A DNA stretch of 64,000 bases from a virus (lineage: Duplodnaviria > Caudoviricetes), in the IMG/VR virus record IMGVR_UViG_3300005805_000084, positions 2,120 through 66,119 of that record; one strand, given 5' to 3'. The notes beneath the pieces are model-generated. The model was not told the DNA's origin. It saw only the letters and a list, made by a program, of their open reading frames with translations, and ran no database searches. Position numbers and translations under genes: made by a program. This document shows positions 62,843-64,000 of the stretch, piece after piece. Numbering within the stretch: position 1 is the stretch's first letter; each line of letters opens with the position of its first letter.

Positions 62843-63245
62843 CACTGGAGAAGGCGGACAGTTCCGCTTCAAGATCAACTCTCGCACCGTCATGGAGCTC
62901 ACCGAGGAGGGCATCTTCTACAAGGGTGAGCAGGTGGCGGATGAGCACCTGTCCAAGGCGCTCAAGGAGCTCGTTCAGGAGATGCAGCAGACCAAGACCG
63001 CAGACGATGTCCTGTTCGCGCTGAAGGGCGGAGACGCAAAGGTGCGGCATCTGGAGCGTGTCGTCAGGGATCTCGAGGTCCAGAACAGCAGGCAGGCGCT
63101 TGAGCTGGCAGCAAAGAACATTGAGATCAAGGAGCTGAAGTCCACCGGCAAGCCATCCGTGACTGTGAGTTCGACGTCCGGAACCACGGCGTGGCATCAG
63201 CCGATCGACGCGCTCAGGAACATCGCATTCGGGAGCACTACATGA
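62826..63245 (+). CDS. Hypothetical coiled-coil protein
   Basis: Packed ORF. Confidence 0.7.
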   Translation: MKMETDTGEGGQFRFKINSRTVMELTEEGIFYKGEQVADEHLSKALKELVQEMQQTKTADDVLFALKGGDAKVRHLERVVRDLEVQNSRQALELAAKNIEIKELKSTGKPSVTVSSTSGTTAWHQPIDALRNIAFGSTT

Positions 63246-63433
63246 AATCGAAGGTAATCAGAACGGCCGGAGACCGCCGCTTGGACGGCTTCTACTTCGT
63301 CAACTACGAGAAGACCAAGTACGGGCTTCAGGAGAAGTGGGCCTCTCCAGAGCGCTGGAAGAAGATCAAGGAGTACAGCAAGGCGTACCACAAGAACAGG
63401 CGTCGCAAGAACAGAAAGACACCACCGGCATGA
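63242..63433 (+). CDS. Small basic hypothetical protein
   Basis: ATGA coupling at both ends. Confidence 0.65.
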   Translation: MKSKVIRTAGDRRLDGFYFVNYEKTKYGLQEKWASPERWKKIKEYSKAYHKNRRRKNRKTPPA

Positions 63434-63933
63434 TCTCTTGGATATGGGCAATGCTGTGGTTCACCTTCGTGGTGAACCCAAGAGGGGCGACGCTGGTTGA
63501 GGGCGACTTCTATCAGCTCAAGGTGAAGGCCAACCGACCCAGCACCTACCAGTGGTACAAGGACGGCAGGCCGATCCCAGGAGCCACCAATGGAATCCTC
63601 ACGATCCACCACATGCTGGAGGGCGATGCTGGTGTCTACGTGGCCACGGCAACGCATGATGGCACTACCATAGAGACGCGCTCCGAGGTAATCGCCTACA
63701 GGCCCCTGATCCGCATCCGCATCGACGGAAACATGGTCACGCTGACGCCGCAGAGGTCCGGCTCCAAGATCCACTACACGACTGATGGATCCGAGCCCAC
63801 CACGAACAGCACGCTGTACTCTGGTCCATTCAAGGTGCAAAGCTGGGCCGAGCTCAGAGCGTGCATCGGAAACATTGAAATGGACTCGGTGATCGTAAGA
63901 GCAAGGAAGGGATCTGAATCATGGACCCGCTGA
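63430..63933 (+). CDS. Signal/TM-anchored Ig-like (I-set) + Fn3-associated/CHB_HEX_C-like protein
   Basis: Hydrophobic N-terminus; YQWYKDG..IPGAT...LTI....GD.G.Y; IHYTTDGSEPT..S.LY.GP. Confidence 0.8.
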   Translation: MISWIWAMLWFTFVVNPRGATLVEGDFYQLKVKANRPSTYQWYKDGRPIPGATNGILTIHHMLEGDAGVYVATATHDGTTIETRSEVIAYRPLIRIRIDGNMVTLTPQRSGSKIHYTTDGSEPTTNSTLYSGPFKVQSWAELRACIGNIEMDSVIVRARKGSESWTR

Positions 63934-64000
63934 AGCGCATCGGAATCTCAAGGGAGCAGGTCGCTGCTCTCACTGGGGCAAAGCTGGAGAAGCCAGTGGA
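63921..64000 (+). CDS. Partial hypothetical protein (runs off window)
   Basis: ATG at 63921, open to end. Confidence 0.55.
   Translation, partial: MDPLKRIGISREQVAALTGAKLEKPV

Noticed and set aside
1-64000. CRISPR array, reverse transcriptase/DGR, or genome-wide stop-codon recoding
   Set aside because: No regularly spaced repeat-spacer array or RT motif seen; long ORFs read normally with code 11 and all three stops are used

Overview
The window is most of a temperate, short-tailed (podovirus-like) dsDNA phage genome in its excised form: an intact attP-like site is flanked by phage genes on both sides. + strand early/host-interaction genes run 1-13162 and 53026-64000: lysozyme-like enzyme, AAA ATPase + vWA/metallopeptidase + DUF3150-like trio, a second XerC/D-like recombinase, SSB, integrase, RHH regulators, Xis-like HTH, AAA recombination ATPase, RecE-like exonuclease, RuvC-like resolvase, initiator, DnaB, MazG-like protein. 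A - strand head/ejection/tail block runs 12993-41010: portal, scaffold, probable major capsid, holin/spanin-like genes, adaptor, glycosyltransferase, fibre/collar, phosphatase, tail tubular/stabilisation protein, ejection proteins and a 3415-aa polyvalent protein. A + strand terminase/tail-fibre block runs 41026-52748. No tape measure, sheath, DNA polymerase or primase was recognised. Highlights: (1) a type III hammerhead ribozyme at 2823-2883, followed in the next two intergenic spacers by a duplicated, covarying RNA motif I do not recognise; (2) nine intergenic GGTGT-N3-ACACC palindromes overlapping promoter-like sequences, next to three ribbon-helix-helix ORFs, two of them missed by the ORF track; (3) a tyrosine recombinase lacking its first catalytic Arg; (4) an ADP-ribosyltransferase domain in the giant virion protein; (5) a full metallophosphoesterase domain in the tail module; (6) two large, hairpin-dense non-coding regions. 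A Verrucomicrobia/PVC-like aquatic host is an inference only. All product calls come from motif recognition by eye; no database searches were run.
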